A program made the position numbers and the translations under genes. From Antedon mediterranea (Eukaryota > Animalia > Echinodermata), in assembly GCF_964355755.1 (NCBI RefSeq), contig NC_092677.1, forward strand, positions 8,826,101-8,890,100: 64,000 bases of DNA, given 5' to 3'. Shown piece by piece: positions 24,409-36,306 of the stretch (its first letter is position 1; each line of letters begins with the position of its first letter). The notes beneath the pieces are model-generated. The model ran no database searches. It saw only the letters and a list, made by a program, of their open reading frames with translations, and was not told the DNA's origin.

Positions 24409-27400
24409 ATGGCTTTTATGCTAGACTCATTTGTAATGTTTACTACCCAGGTACGTGTAGCATACAAAGAGAATGATAAAAGGCTAGGCCACACTTAGGC
24501 TAGGCTAGGCGTATCATATCATCATTCATGATCACCCTACAGGACCATATCGTCTCCGTCTCTGGTCAGTACAGCAGTGTTTCTTCCTACCGTTTCGGCC
24601 TAGCTAGGCTAGACTATAGAGTCATACAGTTCAATCAAGTAGTCCCACGTTAGACCTAGCCAACAAACAGATCTTTAATAAATGTGTGCCCTCTCTATTT
24701 TTTTTCTTGTTTTATACAATTTAAAGCATTATTTATTGTATTTTTTAGATTCTGTTTTTTCTTGGTGGTTGGGTTTTCTTCATGCGAGAGCTTTTCAGAA
24801 ACTATGAGGTGAGGACTTTTCAATATGGTCTACATTTTGTCTATTAGCACCCTAATAATAGTGTTAGCAATGCTAAGTAAAAGAAACCGTATCTAGTACC
24901 GTTGAACGATCTTGTCTGACTTTTTTGACAGAACGAATGGAAAAGAGTATACCAGTACACATTTCACAATCTAAATTCCTGGAAAACAGTTGTTACAATT
25001 CATTTATAATTTTTTTTATTGTTTAATTTTTGTTTCAAAGGTTCATCATAATCTTGTTCAGCTCATTTTCTCTGTGACCTTTGCACTTTCATGTACAATG
25101 TTTGAACTTATAATCTTTGAAATCATTGGATTCCTAAATTCCAGGTAAGAAGATTGTTATTTTCAATATTGTAGGATGTTTTTGTTAAATCTGCCAATTT
25201 TACATTATCACCTTTCACAATAAAGTAAAATTATTATTATTATTAACCTAAATTAGAGGTAAAACTGTAATTAATAATGATTACTATTTTATATCTCATC
25301 ATTATCAAAAGGTTTTAATTAGTTTTTCTATTTCTTATTTTAATAATAGCTCCCGACTTTTCCATTGGAAGTTGGATTTGTATGCCATTCTATTTACTTT
25401 GATCGTTGTACAGCCATTTTATATTGCTTATTATATTGTCAGTAATGTCAGGTTTGGTGAGTACAGTAAACACAATCAAATTAATATTTGTTTCAATTTA
25501 AATTAAACTTAACTTTTTTGTGTAATAAACTTGGTATACATAATGTAAATCATAATTCTTAATATTTTTTATTAAAGATTCAAAGAAATTAACAAAAAGA
25601 AGCAAAAACACAGAAAGTAAAGTCTTGCATTAGGAAAAAACCAAAAAATGGTTCAATGCATTTACATCATTTACTTTTACCAGTCTAGCTCCCTCCATTA
25701 AGCCGCATAAGTTTGCCTTTCAATGCTGTTGTGGGCCCCTAACCCCTAACCCTAACCCCCCCTAACCCCCCCTAACCCTAACCCCTAACCCTAACTTCGA
25801 AGTGCCTAATATGTTGATCTGTTTATGTGTATTTTCTTTTCAGTCCAAAGACGATATACTACCATCTTAATGCTGACTGTATCAGCTTGGCTGGTGTACA
25901 TTTACTTTTTCTGGAAGCTGGGCGATCCATTTCCTATTTTGAGCCGACATCATGGTAAATTATTTTCCCATATTTCTCTTCATTTTTTAAAGATCTAAAA
26001 TATTTAACGATGTTGTGTAGTGAATATTCATATAAACTTTTTCTCCTGATATGTTTTGAAATTATGTTTTTTTTTTTTTTCAATTTAGGAATATTGTCAA
26101 TCGAACAGGTGATAAGTCGTGTAGGTGTTATCGGTGTGACGTTGATGGCGCTGTTATCTGGCTTTGGTGCCGTTAATTGTCCATATACCTACTTAGCCTA
26201 TTTTATACGGTAAGTACCAGAATTTTAGCTGTAATATTTGTTATCTTTTTATTACAGTAAAATGAATTACAATAGAACACAAAAAAATGTCCTTTTATAG
26301 GGGTGTCCCCTGAATAGGGGTGTCTCATGAATAGGGGTATCCCCTTAATAAAGGTATCCCCTGAATTGGGGTGTCCCCTGAATAGGGGTGTCTCATGAAT
26401 AGGGGTGTCCCCTGAATTGGGGTTGGCCATAGTGTTTAAAGATATATTGCCCGTCTTTCGGTTCACAAGAATATGTCCCCTTAATAAAGGTATCACATGA
26501 ATAGGGGTGTCCCATGAATAGGGGTGTTCTATGAATAGGGGTGTCTCATGAATAGGGGTGTCCCCTGAATTGGGGTTGGCCATAGTGTTTAAAGATATAT
26601 TGCCCGTCTTTCGGTTCACAAGAATATGTCCCCTTAATAAAGGTATCGCATGAATAGGGGTGTCCCATGAATAGGGGTGTCTCATGAATAGGGGTGTCCC
26701 CTGAATTGGGGTTGGCCATAGTGTTTAAAGATATATTGCCCCTCTTTTGGTTCACAAGAATATGTCCCCTTAATAAAGGTATCCCCTGAATTGGGGTGTC
26801 CCATGAATAGGGGTGTCCCATGAATAGGGGTGTCCCCTGAATTGGGGTTGGCCATAGTGTTTAAAGATATATTGCCCGTCTTTTGGTTCACAAGAATATG
26901 TCCCCTTAATAAAGGTATCCCATGAATAGGGGTGTCCCATGAATAGGGGTGTCTCATGAATAGGGGTGTCCCCTGAATTGGGGTTGGCCATAGTGTTTAA
27001 AGATATATTGCCCGTCTTTCGGTTCACAAGAATATGTCCCCTTAATAAAGGTATCCCATGAATAGGAGTGTTCTATGAATAGGGGTGTCTCATGAATAGG
27101 GATGTCCCATGAATTGGGGTTGGCCATAGTGTTTAAAGATATATTGCCCGTCTTTTGGTTCACAAGAATATGTCCCCTTAATAAAGGTATCCCATGAATA
27201 GGGGTGTTCTATGAATAGGGGTGTCTCATGAATAGGGGTGTCCCCTGAATTGGGGTTGGCCATAGTGTTTAAAGATATATTGCCCGTCTTTTGGTTCACA
27301 AGAATATGTCCCCTTAATAAAGGTATCCCATGAATAGGGGTGTTCTATGAATAGGGGTGTCTCATGAATAGGAGTGTCCCCTGAATAGGGGTTGGCCATA

Positions 27401-30400
27401 GTGTTTAAAGATATATTGCCCGTCTTTTGGTTCACAAGAATATGTCCCCTTAATAAAGGTATCCCATGAATAGGGGTGTTCTATGAATAGGGGTGTCTCA
27501 TGAATAGGAGTGTCCCCTGAATAGGGGTTGGCCATAGTGTTTAAAGATATATTGCCCGTCTTTCGGTTCACAAGAATATGTCCCCTTAATAAAGGTATCC
27601 CATGAATAGGGGTGTTCTATGAATAGGGGTGTCTCATGAATAGGAGTGTCCCCTGAATAGGGGTTGGCCATAGTGTTTAAAGATATATTGCCCGTCTTTT
27701 GGTTCACAAGAATATGTCCCCTTAATAAAGGTATCCCATGAATAGGGGTGTTCTATGAATAGGGGTGTCTCATGAATAGGGGTGTCCCCTGAATTGGGGT
27801 TGGCCATAGTGTTTAAAGATATATTGCCCGTCTTTTGGTTCACAAGAATATGTCCCCTTAATAAAGGTATCCCATGAATAGGGGTGTTCTATGAATAGGG
27901 GTGTCTCATGAATAGGAGTGTCCCCTGAATAGGGGTTGGCCATAGTGTTTAAAGATATATTGCCCGTCTTTTGGTTCACAAGAATATGTCCCCTTAATAA
28001 AGGTATCCCATGAATTGGGGTGTTCTATGAATAGGGGTGTCTCATGAATAGGAGTGTCCCCTGAATAGGGGTTGGCCATAGTGTTTAAAGATATATTGCC
28101 CGTCTTTCGGTTCACAAGAATATGTCCCCTTAATAAAGGTATCCCATGAATAGGGGTGTTCTATGAATAGGGGTGTCTCATGAATAGGAGTGTCCCCTGA
28201 ATAGGGGTTGGCCATAGTGTTTAAAGATATATTGCCCGTCTTTTGGTTCACAAGAATATGTCCCCTTAATAAAGGTATCCCATGAATAGGGGTGTTCTAT
28301 GAATAGGGGTGTCTCATGAATAGGGGTGTCCCCTGAATTGGGGTTGGCCATAGTGTTTAAAGATATATTGCCCGTCTTTTGGTTCACAAGAATATGTCCC
28401 CTTAATAAAGGTATCCCATGAATAGGGGTGTCCCATGAATAGGGGTGTCTCATGAATAGGGGTGTCCCCTGAATTGGGGTTGGCCATAGTGTTTAAAGAT
28501 ATATTGCCCGTCTTTCGGTTCACAAGAATATGTCCCCTTAATAAAGGTATCCCATGAATAGGGGTGTTCTATGAATAGGGGTGTCTCATGAATAGGGATG
28601 TCCCATGAATTGGGGTTGGCCATAGTGTTTAAAGATATATTGCCCGTCTTTTGGTTCACAAGAATATGTCCCCTTAATAAAGGTATCCCATGAATAGGGG
28701 TGTTCTATGAATAGGGGTGTCTCATGAATAGGGGTGTCCCCTGAATTGGGGTTGGCCATAGTGTTTAAAGATATATTGCCCGTCTTTTGGTTCACAAGAA
28801 TATGTCCCCTTAATAAAGGTATCCCATGAATAGGGGTGTTCTATGAATAGGGGTGTCTCATGAATAGGAGTGTCCCCTGAATAGGGGTTGGCCATAGTGT
28901 TTAAAGATATATTGCCCGTCTTTTGGTTCACAAGAATATGTCCCCTTAATAAAGGTATCCCATGAATAGGGGTGTTCTATGAATAGGGGTGTCTCATGAA
29001 TAGGAGTGTCCCCTGAATAGGGGTTGGCCATAGTGTTTAAAGATATATTGCCCGTCTTTCGGTTCACAAGAATATGTCCCCTTAATAAAGGTATCCCATG
29101 AATAGGGGTGTTCTATGAATAGGGGTGTCTCATGAATAGGAGTGTCCCCTGAATAGGGGTTGGCCATAGTGTTTAAAGATATATTGCCCGTCTTTTGGTT
29201 CACAAGAATATGTCCCCTTAATAAAGGTATCCCATGAATAGGGGTGTTCTATGAATAGGGGTGTCTCATGAATAGGGGTGTCCCCTGAATTGGGGTTGGC
29301 CATAGTGTTTAAAGATATATTGCCCGTCTTTTGGTTCACAAGAATATGTCCCCTTAATAAAGGTATCCCATGAATAGGGGTGTTCTATGAATAGGGGTGT
29401 CTCATGAATAGGAGTGTCCCCTGAATAGGGGTTGGCCATAGTGTTTAAAGATATATTGCCCGTCTTTTGGTTCACAAGAATATGTCCCCTTAATAAAGGT
29501 ATCCCATGAATTGGGGTGTTCTATGAATAGGGGTGTCTCATGAATAGGAGTGTCCCCTGAATAGGGGTTGGCCATAGTGTTTAAAGATATATTGCCCGTC
29601 TTTCGGTTCACAAGAATATGTCCCCTTAATAAAGGTATCCCATGAATAGGGGTGTTCTATGAATAGGGGTGTCTCATGAATAGGAGTGTCCCCTGAATAG
29701 GGGTTGGCCATAGTGTTTAAAGATATATTGCCCGTCTTTTGGTTCACAAGAATATGTCCCCTTAATAAAGGTATCCCATGAATAGGGGTGTTCTATGAAT
29801 AGGGGTGTCTCATGAATAGGGGTGTCCCCTGAATTGGGGTTGGCCATAGTGTTTAAAGATATATTGCCCGTCTTTTGGTTCACAAGAATATGTCCCCTTA
29901 ATAAAGGTATCCCATGAATAGGGGTGTCCCATGAATAGGGGTGTCTCATGAATAGGGGTGTCCCCTTAATAGGGGTATCCCCTTAATAGGGGTATCCCAT
30001 GAATAGGGGTGTCCCATGAATAGGGGTGTCTCATGAATAGGGGTATCCCATGAATAGGGGTGTCCCCTTAATAGGGGTATCCCATGAATAGGGGTGTCTC
30101 ATGAATAGGGGTGTCCCCTTAATAGGGGTATCCCATGAATAGGGGTGTCTCATGAATAGGGGTGTCCCCTTAATAGAGGTATCCCATGAATAGGGGTGTC
30201 CCCTGAATAGGGGTATCCCATGAATAGGGGTGTCTCATGAATAGGGGTGTCCCCTTAATAAAGGTATCCCATGAATAGGGGTGTCCCCTGAATAGGGGTA
30301 TCCCATGAATAGGGGTGTCTCATGAATAGGGGTGTCCCCTTAATAAAGGTATCCCATGAATAGGGGTGTCTCATGAATAGGGGTGTCCCCTTAATAGAGG

Positions 30401-33400
30401 TATCCCATGAATAGGGGTGTCCCCTGAATAGGGGTATCCCATGAATAGGGGTGTCTCATGAATAGGGGTGTCCCCTTAATAAAGGTATCCCATGAATAGG
30501 GGTGTCCCCTGAATAGGGGTATCCCATGAATAGGGGTGTCTCATGAATAGGGGTGTCCCCTTAATAAAGGTATCCCATGAATAGGGGTGTCCCATGAATA
30601 GGGGTGTTCTATGAATAGGGGTGTCTCATGAATAGGGGTGTCCCCTGAATTGGGGTATCCCATGAATAGAGGTGTTCTATGAATAGGGGTGTCTCATGAA
30701 TAGGGATGTCCCCTTAATAGGGGTATCCCATGAATAGGGGTGTTCTATGAATAGGGGTGTCTCATGAATAGGGGTGTCCCCTGAATTGGGGTTGGCCATA
30801 GTGTTTAAAGATATATTGCCCGTCTTTTGGTTCACAAGAATATGTCCCCTTAATAAAGGTATCCCATGAATAGGGGTGTCCCATGAATAGGGGTGTCTCA
30901 TGAATAGGGGTATCCCATGAATAGGGGTGTCCCATGAATAGGGGTGTCTCATGAATAGGGGTATCCCATGAATAGGGGTGTCCCCTTAATAGGGGTATCC
31001 ATGAATAGGGGTGTCTCATGAATAGGGGTGTCCCCTTAATAGGGGTATCCCATGAATAGGGGTGTCTCATGAATAGGGGTGTCCCCTTAATAGAGGTATC
31101 CCATGAATAGAGGTGTCTCATGAATAGGGGTGTCCCCTTAATAGGGGTGTCCCAAAGAAGGGGTTTTTACTGTATTAACCGTTTCGGCAGACCAAATTAA
31201 GCATTGGTACTAGATTTAATCCGATGGCTATATAAGAAATTTGTAGAAATGGATTCTTTATAAAATATATAAATTGTTGGTAATTTACCTATACTTTATA
31301 TATTTTTGTTTATTGCATATTGTTGTTTAGTCATGTGACAGCTACAGACATCCAAGCTCATGAAAGAAAACTATTACAGGTCGTTGACATGATTTTGACA
31401 AAAAAGAAAAGGTAAACAATCTTGCTATATCACACACTTTTCTCATCTACAGTGTCAATTACTGGGTTCTTTTCTGATTTAACAATTCATCTCATTGTTA
31501 GTTCACTCCAATATGAATATAATAAGAGCGAGATGAGCTACCTATTTCTACCTACCTAGTTGAGTTTTTGTTTCTCCTTTTTAAGACTAGCATTAGTGGA
31601 ACGTGATCGGATAAACAACACCACATCACGTACTAAGAGCAGTATATGGGGAATGATCACAAGTGTTACCTCAACTACAGAGGGCAGTATCCTTATAATT
31701 ATCGTTTTCTATGATTCACAGCTTGTGCATATTTTAAATATAAATCCAGCATGTCTATCAGAATAGTAGAGATTACCTCTGTGTTCAGATTCAATTCACA
31801 TTCATACATCATACTCATCCACCAACCAATAAACTCAAACTTTTTATTGAAACCTCAGCCCCTGTCAGGTTCTGGTTTTGTGTTTGTTGTCCGTTTGTCC
31901 GTTTTGCCTTGACTTTTACATTCAGATACTTCACAACTGCAGCAAGAAATAAGTGGTTATGAAGAACTCAGTCGGCAGTTGTTTATAGAACTAATCGACC
32001 TTCAAAATACTAGGGTCAGACATTTATGTTTTATATAGTACATACCATAAAATCCTTAGTTTGCAGAATATTATGGGTGGGGTACAGTATTAAAATATAC
32101 TGGGAAGTTTTTAAACTAAAGTACATTTTAGATATTCCTAGTAATATATACAGTAATTGGAAGTCATGATTTTCAAAAATATATTTTTAGCTCTACAGCT
32201 CACTATGTCGGTCGGTCGGTAAACACTAACTCAAATTTGAGCACGCGACTGCAGCCATGTATATGGCCTTGTTTTAAGTTTGTAGAAAAATTCTATAAAA
32301 ATATCAGGACAATTTCTTTTTACATTTAAGGCAAGAACAGAGTATTCTAAAACATTAAAAGGTCGATTCTTCAATCTGATGGGCTATGTGTTCTCGTTGT
32401 ATTGTACTTGGAAAATCACCATCAGCACGATAAATATAGTGTTTGATCGAGTTGGAAAGAAAGACCCAGTAACAAAAGGATTTGAAATCGTGGTAGAATG
32501 GTTAGGTATACAGTTGGATGTAAGTATATGTTTAAATTACTCATACATTTACTTATAGTCTTCATTGTTTACTTGGTGCATTGATCCCTTTGCAGCTCAA
32601 AATGAAGCTATACTGGGACTGGGTGCAGATGCGTCGGAGTCTAAATGTGGAAATATATATACAGTATATAAAATGTAGTAAAGTTTGGAAATTATTGGAA
32701 TATGTTTTGATTCCATTATTATTATTGAGTATTGAATTTTTTTATACATTATGATTCAATTATGCCAACTCTCTTGTTATCTTTTTATATAGTTACTATT
32801 ATTTTATTTTTTTTGGAAATATTCTTTTTTTCAAACCAACAATTAGTAAACTAACCTTCTTGATAGTTACTATTGTTTGTAATACAGCTTAAGTATTATA
32901 GGTATGACATGCAATGTGTGCCAAACGTTTTTATTTTATGAATGCTGGGCCAAATCAAATTCTTATTTCCATCAATGAGATAACCTTGTATAAGGTCAAG
33001 ATTTCAACAAAAACATTTTGAAGGTGATTTTATTATAATTTACCATACATTAACGTCATTCATCACTTTTTTTATCTGTTTTTCCTTATTTTTTGCAGGT
33101 AGAGTTTTGGTCGCAACAAGTGTCTTTCATTTTAGTCGGTATTATTATTGTCACTTCAATACGAGGTCTTTTAATCAAGTTAACAAAGGTAATACATTTT
33201 TACCATAATTAATAATTTTCATTATTATTGTTAGAGATTTCCTCTCCTTAAAATACTGATCACATAACTTCGTTATCGTCAGTTTTTTACAAATACTGAT
33301 CTTGTTTTTTGCAGTTTTTTTATACAATTTCCAGTAGCAAGTCTTCCAATGTTATTGTTTTATGCTTAGCACAAATTATGGTAAGTATTAACACCATCCT

Positions 33401-33943
33401 TGACAGTACAGATATAGAATATATATATAAAAGTAGTCAAAAGAAAGAATCTCCACTGTTCTTTATACAGTATATAAACTGTGGTGTGCATGTCATTATG
33501 TTATCTTGTCAAAAATAATTCTAGCCATTCATTCAAGCTGGTTCACTATAAAAGTATACCCCAATGTGGACAAAATTATTTAGTTTTTGCTTATTTCAAC
33601 AATAAAATTAACTTCCAATTAACCAGTAGGTTAACACTGATATTCAGCCCCACCCCCTCCTTTAAAATCAATATTGAGTATAGGGAACCCTGGTTTAAAT
33701 ATTTTAATGTCATTTTAGTGTTGAAGATTTTTTCTCTTCTAGGGTATGTACTTTGTGTCGTCTGTTCTTTTAATGCGAATGAACATGCCGCCACAGTATC
33801 GAGTGATCATAACCGAGGTTCTAGGTGATCTGCAATTCAACTTCTATCATCGGTGGTTTGACGTTATATTTTTAATAAGCGCCCTTTCTAGTATCGTGTT
33901 TTTATACTTGGCGCACAAACAAGCACCAGAAAAGAACATGTGA
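24409..33943 (+). CDS. GPR89: Golgi pH regulator (GPHR / GPR89), 13 exons, 453 aa
   Basis: Exons: 24409-24450, 24749-24808, 25041-25144, 25350-25456, 25844-25954, 26089-26209, 31331-31411, 31586-31686, 31926-32014, 32331-32519, 33099-33188, 33315-33380, 33743-33943. They sum to 1362 nt in frame. Motifs: [81 protein letters not shown]. Confidence 0.97.
25737..25796 (+). repeat. Short interstitial telomere-like repeat (CCCTAA variants)
   Basis: About eight CCCTAA units with variable C-runs in GPR89 intron 4. Confidence 0.75.
26255..31172. repeat. 4.9-kb hierarchical satellite (17-bp monomer, 136-bp unit, 1496-bp higher-order repeat) bounded by TA-CAGTAAAA...TTTTACTG-TA
   Basis: The unit is five 17-mers (ATGAATAGGGGTGTCCC variants) plus a 51-bp segment, with about 26 tandem units to ~29950. 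Almost pure 17-mers follow to ~31150. Diagnostic variants recur every 1496 bp (ORFs 26954/28450 and 26682/28178/29674). Confidence 0.95.
31687..31925 (+). other. U12-type (minor spliceosome) GT-AG intron in GPR89
   Basis: Donor GTATCCTT at 31687 and branch-site-like TTTTGCCTTGAC ending about 12 nt before the end of the intron (AG at 31924-31925). Splicing here keeps the frame (...TEG-N-TSQLQQE...). Confidence 0.85.
32184..32276 (+). mobile_element. Short Helentron/DINE-1-like element copy
   Basis: TTTTTAG...CTCACTATGTCGGTCGGTCGGTAAACACTAAC...CACGCGA...TATATGGCCTTGTTTT is the reverse complement of the 1691-1802 family. Confidence 0.65.
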
Positions 33944-34682
33944 CACAGCAATCACTATCAGGCTGATAATTTCCCACCTTAAGGATCAACAAAAAACATT
34001 TACTTAATGACCTTCTTCAGCAGAGCAGGAGTTTTTAAATGATTGAGCAATAACATACTGTATAATATTAATAGTCTAAAAAAAGTATTATTTTATTTTA
34101 GCTGTCAAAATAAAGGAGCCTGTAGTGCTACCACCCCCCCCCCCCCCCCCACACACACACTTCATATGGTGTCACCAGATCATTACAACAAACAAATCTC
34201 CAGACGGAAACAAAGTGACTGAATGTCTGAAAATAAGTAATCAGGGAATAGTGATTACTCTTCCCATGGTATTATTAAGCAAGTTTCTCCTCGCCAACCT
34301 GGGACCTGGGACCTGTATTCACCATTTACACATAGGCTAAGGGAAACACAGTTTTGAAGTAAAACAGAGTGAATAAAGTTTAAGGTAAATCCCATTGACT
34401 TAAGTGGTATAATTGGTGAATATGGTCACTGGAATTTTTTATTTTTTTTTTATTTTTTTTGTTACTGTTTGAATGTACTTTTGAACATTGTTTTCTAACC
34501 AAATTAAAAGTGTTCAAGTTGGTCCAAACAGTAACAATCAATAGACGTATAGTTTAGGAAAGTATCTAGTCTCACTCTCCAAAGATGCAGCTGCTCGGCT
34601 TATAATATAATATAGAAGATAAAAGGGAACTAAACTATAGCATCAATATATTTTGTCACAGAAAATAAAGAGGGAGTGAGTG

Positions 34683-34900
34683 AGTGGCCGAGCAGTTAAG
34701 ACAGTGGAACCGTAATTACGTAGCTATAACATCGGCAAGGGTTCGAGGCTCACTCACTCTATGGTTCTGGGGATAGAACATGTCTTCTCACATAAGGACT
34801 ATAAACCGTAGTTCCAGTGTACACATAGCTCATATGCACTTTAAAGAACCTAGTACATCTTTTGAGACGAGTAGAGGGTTACCCCGGTGTACTAGTCCAC
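34683..34900 (+). mobile_element. tRNA-derived SINE with Nin-like central domain
   Basis: TGGCCGAGCAGTTAAG (A box), GGTTCGAGGCT (B box) and ATAAGGACTATAAACCGTAG...TGCACTTTAAAGAACC. Confidence 0.7.
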
Positions 34901-35937
34901 ACAAACACAGCCACTGTGCAATTGGGACTGGACCGTTTGAGTTTAGTGTTTACCACCTGTTGGTCCCAATCCTTCACTAACAGAGAGTTCGTGAGAAGTT
35001 GAATATATAAAAAAATGTAAAGCCTAAATTCAAAGAGTGTTACAAGTATGTAGCTTAAAATGTTTTTTTAAATATGGGTGTGTAATTTTTTTATTTTATT
35101 CAATTCGTATATTTTTTCAATACAGTATATTAGCAAAAAGTAATTGCCTTATATTATGCTTTTACTGACTTTAATTTATGTTACATAGTTGAGGAAAACA
35201 ATGTACATTATTTTATTTATGCTCATTATTATGGAAACTGATGGAAAATCAGTATCTGTAGAGTATACAGTATTTTAAATATTAAACAAAAAATAAACTG
35301 TAATGATTATTTTGTATGTTTTAATGTCCGCCTATATACCGGTCGATTGTTTCTCGTACAAATAGGTTTTGCAAACGATTTTATCCAGCTTCCATTCGGG
35401 CACTGAATGCTGGTCAGTATACCGTACAAGAGTGATGCGACACTTTCGAATTGTAATTATTTTTGTTAGTTTTTTATTTTCCCGTTCTTAGAACAAACAT
35501 AATTTCTATGTATATTTTATATGCACATGTCAATACAAAAATGGAAATAATTTTCCACTGATGAATGAATGAATGAATGAATAACTACAGACTTGGGGCA
35601 AGTTTACTATACTACCTGTACTGGAATGAAGATCAAACACTTGGTAGAAAGGAACGGATATTACTACAAAAAACATATCAATATAGCTTTATTTCCATAA
35701 TATAAATATAATTTTTCATTCTTTTTTTCTTACTATTATTTTCATTTTGTTTTATTTATATATTGCACTAAAGTACAGACACCAGTGTTAGTACTAAAGT
35801 AATTATAAACATTAAAAAAAGTACTTATTTACAATCATTTTGTCCATAAAAAAAGTTCATTAAAAAAACATAGATGTATAAATTACAATCTCATTCCCAT
35901 CATAATTTGTATCTTAACTAAAATTAATTTCCATTTT

Positions 35938-36200
35938 CCACTCAGAGATTTCTAAATTTATAATGTGCTCTTTTACAGTAACACTGTCTCAAAACAAAGA
36001 CAACAACTTTCATCACCATTTGTGTCGAATAGCTCTCATCAAGCGACACTAAGTGCTCATTCACACCACTCAATCAGAGATTTCTAAATTTATGATATGC
36101 TTTTTTACAGAACACTGTCTCAAAACAAAGACAAAACTGTCATCACCATTTGTGTCAAATAGCTCTCACCAAGCGACACTAAGTGCTCATTCACACCACT
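35938..36200. repeat. Two-copy ~130-bp tandem duplication downstream of the BBOX-like stop codon
   Basis: TCAGAGATTTCTAAATTTAT...AAGCGACACTAAGTGCTCATTCACACCACT is present twice in tandem. Confidence 0.85.
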
Positions 36201-36306
36201 TATACTTTTCATTTGAATCTGAACATAAATGTATTATAAGAAGATGAGAAAAATGAATAGATTCTAATCATATTCTCATTTTTTCATATTATTGCATTGA
36301 TTGCAT

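Noticed and set aside
26203-31121. Dozens of 69-160 aa ORFs and a repeat/spacer look suggesting a CRISPR array or repeat protein
   Set aside because: The ORFs are translations of the 136-bp satellite. The spacers are identical rather than unique, the array is inside a GPR89 intron, and no cas genes are present.
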